DNA of 64,000 nucleotides from positions 189,111 through 253,110 of the forward strand of contig JAHRHZ010000115.1 of NCBI GenBank assembly GCA_024137785.1, written 5' to 3'. This document shows, one piece after another, positions 12,910 through 27,440 of this stretch. Position numbers and translations under genes: made by a program. A model generated the notes under the pieces. The model made no database searches and was not told the origin of the DNA. It worked only from the letters and a program-made list of their open reading frames with translations. This stretch comes from Ginglymostoma cirratum. Lineage: Eukaryota. Numbering within the stretch: the first letter of the stretch is position 1; each line of letters begins with the position of its first letter.

Positions 12910-13020
12910 TCCCATTGATTGGAGGATTAGCCGCTGGGCTTGGATCGCCAAACCCGCCCACTCGACTTCTATTGGTCCGTGAACCTCCGTCAATCATTGT
13001 GAGGTTGGCGGCGGGATCCT
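12910..13020. promoter_or_regulatory. CCAAT/GC-box promoter-like, CpG-enriched segment
   Basis: ATTGG 12918-12922, CCCGCCC 12953-12959, ATTGG 12971-12975; lies between two divergently oriented ZNF copies. Confidence 0.4.
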
Positions 13021-13104
13021 CCCTCTCCTCGACCTCAGCTTCCTCATTCACGGTGAATAGGACAGTGTCACCGGGGTGGGGGGAGGAGGAGGTGGCAGGT
13101 GGGC

Positions 13105-13530
13105 GTTCAGCCCATTGTGAGGACAGTGGTAAAGTATTTAATTATCCATCAGTGCTCGAAATCCATTGGCACAGTAACTTTGGGGCTGGCACCCAGGAGA
13201 AACATTGGAAATGTGAGGATTATGGTAAAGATTCTATTGTCCATCGCAGCTGGAAATTCATCGACACAGTCACACTGGGGAGAAACCATTCACCTGCTTC
13301 TTATGTGGGAAGAGATTTACTAAACCATTTGTCTCATGTTAATCCAGAAAGTTCACAATGGGGAAAGCCCATTCAAATGCATCGACAGTGGAAAGAAGTT
13401 TCAGCAGTTATGTATCCCCACTCCACACAAGGAAATTTACATCGGGGAGAGGCCATTCACCTGCTGTGTATGTGGAGAGGAATTCATTCAGTGACAGCAC
13501 CAACTGACGCAGCAGCAAGGTCATTGGGTA
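13105..13530 (+). pseudogene. C2H2 zinc-finger array pseudogene (copy D)
   Basis: [36 protein letters not shown], frameshifted; same 3' flank as copies A, B and E. Confidence 0.85.
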
Positions 13531-14549
13531 ACTGTAGGTGTTAGATTCCATTGTTATTGCTGTTGTTAATCACATACCATATTGATAATCTGATGATGAT
13601 CCCTATTTTTATTAATGTTGTCAACCCAATTAACTGGTCGAGGACTGGGGTTACCTGATTTACAATGTACAAAAGCTGGTACGTACAAACACAATCTCGT
13701 ATAGGGGTGAAATTCAAACTTGTCTGTCCTAACAAATGGCTCCATTACATTGTCCTGCATTGTGGGCTGACTTGCGTACAAATTGACTTGCAAATAGAGT
13801 CTAGAACGGGATCCATTTGCAACCCACGGACTATCTGTACAATATTGTGGATATGTGGCTTTTTAAAAGTTCCGACTGTGTTTCTTCCCCCAATTCAAGA
13901 GCCTACCTCTCTGCTGTCCTGGGATGAGCTTCATCATTCACAGTGAATGGTGCAGTAGCACAGAGCACTGCGGCTGGTGGCCATTCAGCCTATTGGGGCT
14001 ACACACTCTCACTTGAGAAACACTGCGAATCCACCCCCACTTTGCTGCCCAGTGCTTAAAGCCCACTATATCCTTTTTCATTGTGTTAAATTCCAAACTA
14101 TTTTTGAAATTACTGCAGAACCTGTATTCTTCTACCAATCAGTCTGTTGCAGATCCTTAGAACTTAAGTAAAATAATCTCCACATCTTCACCCCGCATCA
14201 ATTTCCAATTATCTGAAAGCTGCATTGTGTAGTTAGCAAACATTCTGCCAATGTCAGTAATTCTCCTTCTACAGATAAAAACTCCTCGAAGGAAGGCTCC
14301 ACCACGACTCAATCACTGTTTAACTGTCTCAGCCCAAAGGGTAATTGTCAGAACTGCTCTCTTTTTCCAGGTAACAGAAAACCTTTATTGCCTATTTATT
14401 CATGGATGTGATCTTCACTCTATAGATTTACTCCCCATCTTGAATTCGAGGTGGTTGTGAATTGTTTTCTGAAGTGCTGCAATCTACGTGGCGTAGGGAC
14501 ACCTGCAGTACTTTGCAGAGGGGATTTCCAGGACTTTACCCCCACCCCC

Positions 14550-14848
14550 CATAGAATTCCTGCAGTGTGGAAACAGATACTTCGGCCCAACAAGTCCACA
14601 CTGATCCTCAGAGCATCCCGCCCAGACTCCATCCCCTGAAAAGCCACCTAATCTGCACATCCCTAACACTACGCAATTTAGCATGGCCAATCCACCGAGC
14701 CTGAACATCTTTGGACTGTGGGAGGAAACCCACACAGACACGGGGAGAATGTGCAATCTCCACACAGACAGTCAACAGAGGGTGGAATCGAACCCAGATC
14801 CCTGGTGCTGTGAGGCAGCTTTGTTAACCACTGAGCCACTGTGCCACC
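14550..14848 (-). mobile_element. V-SINE (shark HE1-like)
   Basis: tRNA-like head GGCACAGTGGCTCAGTGGTTA..GGTTCGATTCC, V-domain TGTGTGGAGATTGCACATTCTCCCCGTGTCTG, CR1-like tail. Confidence 0.75.
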
Positions 14849-16567
14849 CCATGATCCAACAATGGAGCATTAGACGTAATGTGATTCCAACACAGGATGA
14901 TGCATGAAGGAAATTGTAAGTTGTAGTCTTCTGACAGTTCTGTCACCCTAGCCCTTCTCGGTAGAGGTTGTGCATTTGGAAGGTGACGTAGAAAGAGCCT
15001 TGGTGAGCTACAGCAGTGCAGCTTGTAGGTGGTACACACAGCACTTCAACAATGAAGGAAATGGATATTGAAGCTTGTCGGAACTTCGTCAGTCAGTCGG
15101 ACCAGGATTCACGAGATGGTGTTGTGCTGAGTGTTTTGGAGCTGCACTCACCCAGGCAGGTTGGCGGTATTCCGTTACACACCTGACTTGTGCTTTGCAG
15201 GCTACTAGAACTGGAGTTTATTTACATCAGCAGCAACAGATGAATATAGTTAAGTTCCAAATCATGACACATTTGTTATGTTGCAGGAGGCCATCTGCCC
15301 CATTGTGTCTGCAGTGGCCCTGTGTACGAGCATTGTGACTGAGTACTCCCCTACCCTAAAGAAGAAGCTTTAGCTATTCACGTTACCTATGCCTCCCGTG
15401 ATTTTATCAGCTTCTATAGGGTCACTTCCCCAGAACGTCTTACACTCCACTCAATGCACATTAAGTGTCAGCCGAACTCCCTACTGGATGATTATATTCC
15501 AATTCACTGTCAGCAGTACAAATACTATTTATACATCAACAGTGAAGTTTAAATAAGCAGCATTACAGCAGTCAGTTTGCTGTCACAAGCTGTGACTGAA
15601 TATAAATTGTTAAATTTCACTATTCACACCTTCCTGGATTGTCCTCCCTTTTCCCTGATATTCTGTGTATTAATGAAATAGAAATGATGGTCCAATACCC
15701 GCATGAATGCAATAATTGATCCAGGCAGTGTGTTCTGGATCCTAACTACATGCTACGTGAACAAACGATTTTCTCATCTCACATTGCTTCTTTTACAAAA
15801 AATTTTCAAACTGTGCCATCCCGTTCTTGATCCTTTTCCTGGTGGGAACAGTTTCTTCCTGTCGACTCTGTCAGGACCTCTCAGAATTTTGAAATATCAA
15901 GTCTCCTCTTGTCCTTCTTCTCGCCAACTTCTCTAATCTAACTTAATAGCTTCATTCTGTCCTCATACTTTGAAACTGTCTGCTGTACACCAGGATCTCG
16001 ATTATTCATATAAATCAGGATAAGGAAGGGTCACAATATTGATCCCTAGGGAGCTCTAAGACAAATATTCCTCCAGACCAAAAGATCCTCATTAACCATT
16101 ACTCTGCTTCCATGTACACTGCCAATGTTGTATCGAAGTTTATTCGATGAGCTTTAAATTTCCTCATCGGTATCACAATATGGAAATGACAGATCATCAG
16201 CTATTGTGCCTTCTTTTCATGTCTACAGCCATTTTAGTTTTGTTAAACTGCTGATTCAAACAGGAATTTAGTCATGTTTAATAGAGTAAAGAAGAAAGAT
16301 GGGCGTAATGGGCAGTCTGCGTGCATCCCAGAGGAGAAACAGGATTAGCACCTTCACTTCTTTTGTGAGACAATGCATCAAATACCTTTAGGAAGTCAAC
16401 ATACATTGCATTAACAGCATTACCCTCACCAAAAAAAAAGCTCTGGTAACTTAGTAAGACATGATTTTAAATGAAGAAATCCAGCTGGCTCTCCTTAAAC
16501 GAACACATTTGTTCATCTGACTATTAATTTTATCCTGAAATACTGTTCTGAGAAGTCGTTAAACTCA

Positions 16568-16873
16568 GGGGAAGTAATGGCCTAGTGGTATTATTGCTGG
16601 ACTGTTAATCCAGAGACCTAGATAATGTTCTGGAGACCTGGATTCAAATCCGTCACGGCAGATGGTGAAATTTGAATTATCCGTAATCAAGACTGTAATG
16701 ATGATCATAAATCCATTGCTGTTTGTGGGGAAAAACCCATCTGGTTCACTAATGGCCTACATGTGACTCCAGACCCACACCAATGCAGTTAACCCTGGGC
16801 AATTAGGAAGGGGTGATAACTGCTGCCTAGACAGTGACACCCTCATCTCGTGAATGAGTAAAGGAAAAAAAAA
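16568..16873 (+). mobile_element. tRNA-derived Deu-type SINE (SacSINE1-like)
   Basis: TGGCCTAGTGG head, GGCCTACATGTGACTCCAGACCCACA core, A-rich end; copies at 42939, 48640 and 60555. Confidence 0.65.
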
Positions 16874-17568
16874 ACTGACTGTTCTGGTACTGTTCGGCTC
16901 ATCCTTCCAACTCATTTTAATCAAGGGCGTTATTTGTTTCTAATTCTCCAGTACTCTGGCACCAGCCCTGAGTCTAAGGAGTGCTGAACAATTCTGGCCA
17001 TTGTCCCTGCAATGTCAACTCTCAGTTCTTTCAGTACCTTATACGTATCTCATCTGGTCCTGGTACTTCGCCAACACAAAATACCAACAGCTTCTCCAAA
17101 ACCCCGTCCACATCAATCTCCAACCTTTCCCCGACTAAACTTCCCCCTGTGTCATCATAGCCTGGGGAACATCTCTTTCCTCGTTAGAGACAGATGAAAA
17201 TTGTTTATTCAGTGGGTAATGTCCCTCACTTCCGAGGTCCCGAATCAGTTCTACTCCTCCTTTAACCAACCATTTCCTCTTGATGTGTCTTCAGAATTAT
17301 CAGTGGCTGGATTTCAATATGTACAGGAAAATCATAATTATTTTCAAACCCATCACCGTATTCTTTTCTGATCCTTGTGTCATGAAATGTCAGCCACCTA
17401 AGTTTGTAAAATAAAACTCTTTTTCAACACTTAAGGAGAGAATTTCCCACAGCTGAATGAATCCAGCTCACATTTAGCAGCAAATATTATTTATTCATCT
17501 GTTCCTCATACTTTATTGAAGGCACTTAGAATTAATGGCATTCAAAGCAGAATCAAATCCCTGGGTTA

Positions 17569-18405
<837 letters not shown>

Positions 18406-18834
18406 AAATTGCTGTGAAACAGAAAGAAGGTGCTTAGAGAGAACCCACAGAAACACCAAGACAGGTTGTGAAATGGATGGGAATGAATCTGGTAATTTGT
18501 GGAGCTGGCCCCAGGACAAAATGACCATGAAAGCTGTTGGATTGTGGTTAAAAATCCAGATGATTCAGTAACAACCCACAAACCAGGCTAGACCTGTACA
18601 AGACTCTGGCCTCTATGGGAGGAGGGGTAGGTGGAAGGAGGCAGAGAGAAGAAGACAGAGAAAGAAATGGAGAGAAATGCAGGAGGCAAAGGACAGAGAG
18701 ACTTCATATCATTCATTTGGCTTGAACTTGATCAGAACTTTGACAGAAACTCCCAAACCTTCAGTCTCCACCTCCTAGAAGGATATGGCAGGATAATGTA
18801 AACACAATTACCTTCAAATCACACAATGTCCAGT

Positions 18835-19115
18835 CCCGAATTTAAATATTGGGAAGACTGAAACTATTGTCTTCATATCTCAATAACAACTTTCAGTTTT
18901 TTCACCGAATCCATTCCCACCCTAGTAGCTATCTGAGGCTGAACCAAGCTGTTCAGAAAATATTTCACCCCAAGATGACTTTCTACTGAAATATCTCCAT
19001 CATCACTAAGACCACCTCTTTCCACTTCAGCAACATCACCCGACTCCAGCCTCAGCTCATCTGCTGCTGAAACTCTCATCCATTCTTTAGTCATCTCTAG
19101 AATTAACTCTCCTGT
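18835..19115 (+). mobile_element. old LINE fragment (L2-like RT C-terminal part)
   Basis: LNIGKTETIVF ... AETLIHSLVISR-like degenerate reading. Confidence 0.5.
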
Positions 19116-20854
19116 TATGATTCCAGCTGATGGTATGATTGGACAATTCAGATTCAAGAATGAAACTTGGCTTAATAAATGTTTATTATCTTATTTAGTT
19201 GGGGGACATACTGTTCAACCATTCAGACATATTCACATGAGGCAGTCATGGATTGTGAATAGGGACACTGACAGAAAGATGATTTCCCCCAAATCTTGCT
19301 TGCTCTATTACCCCACGGGTCGCCAAACAGACAATCTTTAAAGCACGGTGCTGCAAATTATGAATAAACAAATTGGAATTTCTGCCCTTAATGTCTATGT
19401 TTAATGTTAGGGAGATCATGTTACAACTATACACGGTGTTTGTGAAGTTTCTTCTGTTGGACTACATACAGTTCTAGTCCTATTATTCAAGGAATAATAC
19501 ATTAACATTGAACACAGTCTAAAAAAAAAACGAGGCTTGGCTTCCATAAATGTTTGGTTTACGAATCGCCAACCTTTCTGTTTACAGCTGAACGTATTGA
19601 CCAATTATCTTGTCCAAGTGCATCCCCTCGCATCCGAAATGCATCACATCACACTTGTCCGTATAAATTGCTATCTTTGATTTCTCCACACAACTTTCCA
19701 ACTGTCTTTATCCTGCTTTGTCCTTTGACAGCCTTCATTACCATCCACATTCCACCAGTTTTTCATGTCATCTGCAAACTTATTAATCAAATTATCTACG
19801 TTTTCATGCTAAACATTTATATAATATTATATATATGTATGTATGTGTATATATATTACAAACAGAGATCCCAGTTCTGATCCTTGTTGAACACCAATCA
19901 AGGGCCTCTGGTCATAAAAATACCCCTCTACAACTGCTCTCATGAACCAAGTCAATATTGAATCCAACTTTGCAAAGCCAAATTGTGCATTTTACTGAGA
20001 AGAAATTGTACTTTTCAAAAGGTAAGATCCAGGAATTTGTAGTTTTATTAATATTGTCCTGATTGAGGTGGTGCGAAAAGAACAGTTGTTTTGCTGCTTC
20101 ATTTAAATTATGTGGATCTTTTCAGATCTTAGATTCGTCTACTTCTGAGCAATCAATTTTGCAGAATGCAACGCCAGTTTCCTGCGTTTCAAATATAAAT
20201 AACAGCACAAATAGATGAGTCTGTGTAACAGCTTTGGGACTGAATAAATACGATGTGCAAAGCAGTGTATTGGAGTCTCTGTCTTCTTGCTTGGGTAGTG
20301 CATCACCCACGCTCAGTGAAGATGACAAATTCCACCTGGCAACGATAATTCACGAGAAGATTGCAAGGAAAACAGATTTTTTAAAAAATGTAATGCTCTA
20401 AAGCAATTATCACAATAACTGTATTCCTTTGAGCAAATTTTCTTTATTCAGTATTGTTAATGTACACTTTGTGTGGGATAAATCTGAAGCATCTGCAGGA
20501 AATGTTTAATTGTTTCCCTTTTGATGGTTAGGCTTTTGTGAAAATCATGAGTCATCTCAGGAAATCTGCCTGTTGCTGATAATGGCAGTGAGTGCTTCCC
20601 ATTCATAACATTTATCATACAATCGAACCATGTGTGAAACTATTAATTGCAGGTGACATTACTCACAACACAGCGCCATGCCAAGCCCAAGCAATAAACA
20701 CAGTAATGTGCTATGCTCAATTTTCATGACCCCGTGCTTTCCCAAAATTACCACTCAGCACCATTCAAACTTGCAAGCGTGAAATATTCCTGCACTAAAG
20801 CTATACATCTAACTTAGGGCTGAATCCCTGTATCATTCACAAATTAGCTCTACT

Positions 20855-23800
20855 GGAACATAGAACACTGCAACACAAGAGCAAGCCAATCGGCCTCCAT
20901 GACAATGCTGATCATGATGCGATTACAAATTAATTCCATTTGCCCAAATATGATCTATATTTTTCTATTTCCTACCTGTTCATGTGTCCGTCTAAGTGCC
21001 CCTTAAATATTGCTGTGGTATCTGCTTCTACCACCTCCTGTAGCAGAATGTTCCAGGTATCTACCAATTTTTCATTTAAAAATAATTATCGCACACCTCC
21101 TTTAAACTTTTGCCCCTTAAACCTTAACCCTGTAACCCCTAGTTGCTGACTTTTTCGCCCCAGGAAAAGACTCCGACTATCCAACGTATCCATAATTTTA
21201 GTATACAGCTGTCACGTGGCACCCTAGCCTCCGATGCTTGAGTAAAATCAATCTAACATTGTCCAAAACTCCTTACAGCTAATCCACTCCAATCCCGGAA
21301 ACATCCTGGCAAACCCTTTTTCACCGTCTTCAAATCGTCCAGATCATTCCTGTCGTATGGTGATGAGAACTGCACAAAATACTCCAAATGTAGCCTTAAT
21401 AAAGTCGTATACAGCTATAACATGACTTGCCAACTTTCACATTCAATGCCCTGACTGATGAAGGCAAGCACACTGCATGCCTTCGCTTTCATTTTATCCA
21501 CTTGTCTTTCCACTTTCAGGGAGCTATTGACTTGCAACCCAAGATCTTGATATATGAAAGCTTCAAAATATTATGCCATTGACAATATACTTTCCTCTTA
21601 CATTTGCCCTAATAAAATGCATCACCTCAGACTTGTCCAAATTAAACCCTATTGCAATTTTCCACCCAAATTTCCAACTCATCCATATCTTGCTGCATCT
21701 TTGATAACTTTCCATTCTATCCACAACTCCACCAATATCCATGTCGCCTGCAGACTTACTAATCAGACTGCCTATATTTTTACACAAATAGTTTATATGC
21801 ATTGCAAACAACCCAGGTCCCAGCACTGTTCCTTGTGGAGCACCATTGATCAGAGATTTCCTGTCAGGAAAACAAGTATCCACGATTACTATCTGTCTTA
21901 TACGAAAAAGCTAATTTTGAATCCAATTTACCAACTCACTGTGGATCCCATGTGACTTAATCTTCTGGCCCATCATACCTTGTCGAAAGCTTTAGTAAAG
22001 TCCATGCAGCCAATGTGCAATGCCTGATTCGGAGGACTGATCTTCATCACTTCTTGAAAAAAAAGTATCAATTTTGTGAGTCATGACCTCCCACACACAA
22101 ATCCATGCTTATATCAAATCCATAAGAACAAAGAAGAAAGTATCAGAACAGGCTCTTTGGCCCACCAAGACCATGCACATGAATTAGGAACAATTTGCCC
22201 CTACATAGACTGTATCCCTGTATTCTCTGCCTGTTCATGTGCCTGTCAAGATGCCTCTTAAATGTTGCTACTTGCTGCCTCCACCACCTCCTCTGGCAGC
22301 GTATGCCAACCACCTATGACCATCTTTGCCACAAATGTACCCCTCACATCTCCTTTAAATTTACCCTTTTCGATTTAAACCTTCATCCCCCGCCCCCAGG
22401 AATTGATATTTCTACCCAGGTGCGGTTAGGGAGTGGGGGAGAGGGAAGTGGAGGGGCCTCTGACGATCCATGCTTCTGTGTATTTCGCAAACTTTTTTTT
22501 CAGTTCGCTTCTCATCCTTCAACATTCAAGTGAAAACAAGCCGAGTTTGTTCAACCTCTCCTGATAGCTAATATTCTACAATCCAGACAACATGCTAGTA
22601 AAACAGTTCTGTATCCACCCCAATGCCTCCACATCCATTTGGTAGCATGGTGAGCAGAACTGTACACAGTGTTCCAAATGTGGCCTAACTAAAGTTCTAT
22701 ACAGCTTTCATACTTTATGCCCTGACAAAAGAAGGCAAGCATACTATATGCCTTCTTGACCAGCTTATCCACTTGTGTTTCCACTTTCAGGGAACATTTG
22801 ACCTGTGCACCCAGGTCCCTCCACAAAGGATTCTGCCATTTACTGCCTACTTCTCTCCTGAATTTGACCTTACAAAATGCATCATCTCCCAGTTGTTCAG
22901 ATTAAATTCCACCTGCCATTTCTCGACCCAAGTTTCTAGCCTATCTATATCCTGTTGTATCCTATGGTAATCCTCCTCACTAACCTTCAAACTTTGCTTC
23001 ATCTGCAAGCTTATTAATCAGGCCGTATACATTCGCCTCCAAATCATTTATCTATGGGTATATAAAAGAAACAACAGGTGTTCCAATACTGATTCGTGTA
23101 GAACACCACTGGTCATAGATCTGTACTCAAAAACAAAATCCTCCCAAAGTTACTCTCTCTCTTGTATGATTGAGACAGTTCTGTATCCACCTTACTAGCT
23201 CGCTGTGAATCCATATGACTACCTTTTACATCAGCCTGCTGGGAGGAACCTTGCTAAAGACCTTGGTAAAGTCCATGTCGACAACATCTAACACACTACC
23301 CTCATGAATGTCCATCAAGACTCTCTCAAATAAACTCAGTCAAGTTTGCAACATGATATTCCCCGCATAAAACCATGCAGCCTATCCCTAATAAGTCCAT
23401 CATTTTAAAATATAAGTCCTATCTTCAATTTTCTCCAATAAATTCTCTGGATCTGATGAATGTCTCACCAGCCTGTATTATCCCTCTTAACCTTCTTAAA
23501 CAAAGGTTAGACCTCTCCAGTGGCTAAAGATGACGCAAAGACTTCATATACGGTTCTAACAATTTCTTCACCTGCCTCTCTCAGCATTCTGGGATCGATC
23601 CCATCAGATCCTTGGGACGTAATGTTTTTCAAAACACCTAACACCTTTTTTTATACTGATGTACACTGGAACATCAACATACTCTTCCTGAGACTCGCCT
23701 TCCACCCTGTTCTTCTCTTATGAGCAGCAATGCAAAATGTTCATTATGGACATCCCGGATTTCCTCCAGCTCCATGCATAAATTCTCTCCTTTGTCGTTG

Positions 23801-25620
23801 AGTGGACTTGCACTTTCGCTAGCAACTCTCTCGCTCCTTATGCAGGTATAAAACTCCTTGGGATTTTCCTTACTCCTGTTTGCCTATTTTATAGCCCCTT
23901 TCAGCTCTCCTAATTTACTGTTTGATTTCTTTCCAGCTATATTGTATTACTTGAGGGCTCTATGTGTCTCCAGTTTCCTAAACCTTACATATGCCTCCCT
24001 TTTCTTTCTGCCTAAACCTGCAAGTTGACTTTTCATCCAAGACTCCCGAATCTTGCCATTCTTATCTTTCATTTTCACAGGAACGTGCTAGTCCTGAAGT
24101 CTAATGAATTTGCCTTTACATATATCCACGTACCAGATGTGGATTTACCCTCAAAAGGCGGTCTCCAATTTACATTCTCTAATTCCTACCTAACCTTGTG
24201 GTCGTTAGCCTTCCCCCAATTTAGCACTTTTAACCTCGGATTACTCCTATCTTTATCAATTAAAAAAATAACTAAAACTAAAAAAAAGTCACTGTTCCCG
24301 AAATGCTCCCAAACTGAATGTTTGATCACCTGCCTGGGCTCATTTTCCAATACCAAGTTTAGTATGACCTCTTCTCTTGTTAAACTATTTACGAAATGCC
24401 GTGTTGGACACACATAACAAATTCACCACGACCCCATCCATTTCAAGTCCGGTCAATATAGTAGGTGTTTAAATCGCTCACCGCAACAACTCTGTTCTTT
24501 TACTTTTTTCAATAATCTGTCCACATATTTTCCTCTATCATCCCCTGGCTCCTGGCAGGCCTTCAGTACAATCACTTCAACGTGATTGCAACCTTCCTAT
24601 TCATGAGTGTTGCATGCTTTGATTTCCCAGCCTCACACCTATAGACTCTAGCCTGCAGCATCTGTAGTCCTCATTGCCTCCTGAGTTTTACTCATATGGC
24701 CTCACTGGAAGAGCCCTCGAATGTGTTCTCCTTTAGAGTAGCTGTGATAGTCTCTATTATCAGTAATGCAGCTCCCTCATCTCTTTTACATCTCTCTCCA
24801 TCTCCCTGGAAACATTTTAAATCCAGGAATGTCAAGATGCTAGTATTGTCCCTCTCTGAACCAAGTTACTGTAATAGCTACAACACTGCTTTCCCCTGAG
24901 AGACCATCTCCCCAACAGTATCCAAACTCCTTTGAGAGAAAGATCATAGAAAGATCACAGAGGACTTGTGCACTGCGCACCCATGCTTACTGATCTTCTT
25001 GGTAGCCACCCAACTCTACCCAACCATGTAGACATTCTTTTATAAATGTGAGCAAATCCTGGCCTTAAGAATCTCTCCAATTATGTTCCTTTCACTTTTG
25101 TAAATCTTACTGGCCTATTATTTCTTGGATTATCCTTATTGCTCTTCTTAAACTAAAAGAACAACACACCATTCCCAGAAGATTGGACAATAACTAAAAA
25201 TCACTGTGAAGGCCACAGCAGCTCCTTCCTTACCAACCTTCAAAAACCTGGGACAGATCCCATCAGGACCTGAGTCTTATATATCTTAATACTTTTTCAA
25301 GAAACCCTACATCACTTCCTTCTTAATATTGACATAGCTCAGTATATCAACATATCTGTCCCTTATCTTAACATCGTTCATGTTCTTCTCATTGGTGAAT
25401 ACCAGTCAAGTAGACCTCATTAAGGACCTTATCCACTTTCTCTAGTTCCAGGCATAAATTCCTTCCTTTGTCCTTGAGTGGATCTACCCTTTCCCTATCT
25501 ACAATCTTGCAAATCATATGTACATAAAATGCTTTGAAATTCTCCTTAAACTTACTTGCCAATAACATTTCATGGCCCTCTTTATCTCTACTGTTTAAGT
25601 TTGTTCCTGCTTTTTAAAAA
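20855..25620 (-). mobile_element. nest of degenerate CR1-like LINE fragments
   Basis: Minus-strand RT/EN peptides (GAPQGTVLGPGLFAMHIN, LTREEVILNLVL..HFGNSD, LNWGKAND); several 3' ends nested. Confidence 0.8.
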
Positions 25621-25627
25621 TATTTAT

Positions 25628-25840
25628 ACAATTCCTATAGTGTGGAAGAAGGCCATTTTGCCCATCCAGTTCACATTGCCCCTCCGAAGTGCATTCCACC
25701 CAGAATCTCTCCACTTCCCTACACCTGCAACCTGGTGGCAAGTTAGCATGACCAATCCACTTAACCTGCATAATTTAGTGGGAACAAAGTGGAGCACCTG
25801 GAGGAAACCCACGCAGACACAGGGAGTATGTGCAAGCTCC
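25628..25840 (-). mobile_element. V-SINE (HE1-like), head-truncated
   Basis: V-domain and tail similar to 14550-14848. Confidence 0.7.
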
Positions 25841-25856
25841 TTCTGCATCATCAGGC

Positions 25857-25950
25857 CTCTTTCTCTCTCTCTCTGTGTCTCTCTTTTTCTCTCTCTTTCT
25901 GTCTCTCTCTCTCACTCTGTCTCTTTCCTTCCCTCCGTCTGTTTCTCCCG
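25857..25950. repeat. (CT)n-rich low-complexity tract
   Basis: ctctctctct / gtctctcttt runs. Confidence 0.85.
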
Positions 25951-27109
25951 GCTCGCCCCCTCACGCCAGCCCTCCTCTCTTAAAGCAGTATGGAGTTACC
26001 AGAATCTTACTTTGGCGTCAATCATTAGGTTTTGCGCAGCAAGGACATAAACTGTGCTTGTATTCATCGTAATTTAAAAGGTTTACAGGTGACTCGTTTA
26101 GAGTGTTAACATTTTGAAAACAAGTGAAAAAAGTGTAACTTTGCACCTGCTCCTGATAGTCTCTGGGATGGAGAGTTCGTAATTGTATATGAGGCCAAAT
26201 CTAATTTCAAGGAAGCGCAAGTATCATGTCTTGTCTTTATTCACCATCACTAATTTCTGCCGATTAAGTAAATGATGAGACTTCTCTCACGTTCGTTGCA
26301 GCGAGGATTTAGTGCGTACCATTTAAATTAGGACCTCACAGTTCTGTGTGCTTAATTGCGAAATCCATGGAAAATTTTGAAGAAGTTTTGATCGCTACCA
26401 ATAAAAGGAGATTACAGCATTCAGGAATGTTAGCCTAGTGAAGTTCATGGCAAGATTGGACTTCATTTATTTCGTTTGTCTTGATGTTAAAATTATGGCT
26501 AAGGCTGTTGTATCTTTCAGTTTCTATTGTCCATTCTGTGCAACACCAAAGGGATGGTTGGTCCACCGAGTGTAAGAATGAAGATTGGCTTCATTCTCAT
26601 GAATGAGTAAAAATCAGAACCACTACGAATAACGCGAAAAATAGTGATGGGATTTTAGAGGAACCAGTGGAGAAGCTAGGTAACTTGATTGACTTAATTC
26701 ATTGGAATTAATGATAGCATATGGCAATGCCTATGTTCCAAGCTGTCAAAGGCCGCTGTCATTATACCTGATCTGTCATTACTCTTGACTAAAGTGTTTT
26801 ACATGTTTGTGGGGAAACATTGAAAAGTTATCAGCCTGTTGTTTCCATAGTGATTCGTTTGTTTCCACGAAGATAAGCAATCAGGAAACAGACGGAAGCA
26901 AAAGCAACACTAACTCACTCACACCACAGGCTAAGTCTTACCGTTCTCTTCCCATAGGACGTTTGCTCGATAGCCTAGAGAAAATAATCCCTTATCTTAA
27001 AAATCGAGCTGCGTGTTCAGATATGTTAATATTAAGGACAGATTAGCTTGTTGCAATTTTATTTTGTTTGATTTGAGTGTTGTTTAATAATGAAGCAACG
27101 CTAATTCAA

Positions 27110-27440
27110 GTAGGTTCTCGAAGCTGACTGCCGAGAACAATCATCGACGCTTTCAACAGTGCATGCAAAGAGTATGGTAATGGTACAACTCGTGTAGTCA
27201 AACAGCTGCTCTGTGAAAGGACGGCCAGGGAGCAGAAAGAACGTCTGGGAGATGTAACCACTTAATGGAACATTTGTTGAGCATGTTGACCAATCAATTA
27301 CATGCTTCCCAAGTGAATTTAGAAGAATCAAGGAAATAAACGGAATTGATTTGACGGTGGGAGTTGCAGACCACATTAGAAATGCAGTGGCTGGCATGTG
27401 ATAAGACCTGAAATCAATTCAAGCTTTGAAAAATTTGGAA
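27110..27440 (+). mobile_element. ancient non-LTR RT fragment (RTE-like)
   Basis: Degenerate readings IIDAFNSACKEYG and LNGTFVEHVDQ resemble the region after the RT YADD motif. Confidence 0.4.

Noticed and set aside
11760-13544. 594-aa plus-strand ORF
   Set aside because: Chimeric reading through the antisense PLE, the low-complexity pLTR, promoter-like DNA and mostly out-of-frame ZNF relics; not a gene.
14780-14848. tRNA gene
   Set aside because: tRNA-like A/B boxes are SINE heads fused to V- or Deu-domains, with no complete cloverleaf (same for 16568, 42939 and 60555).
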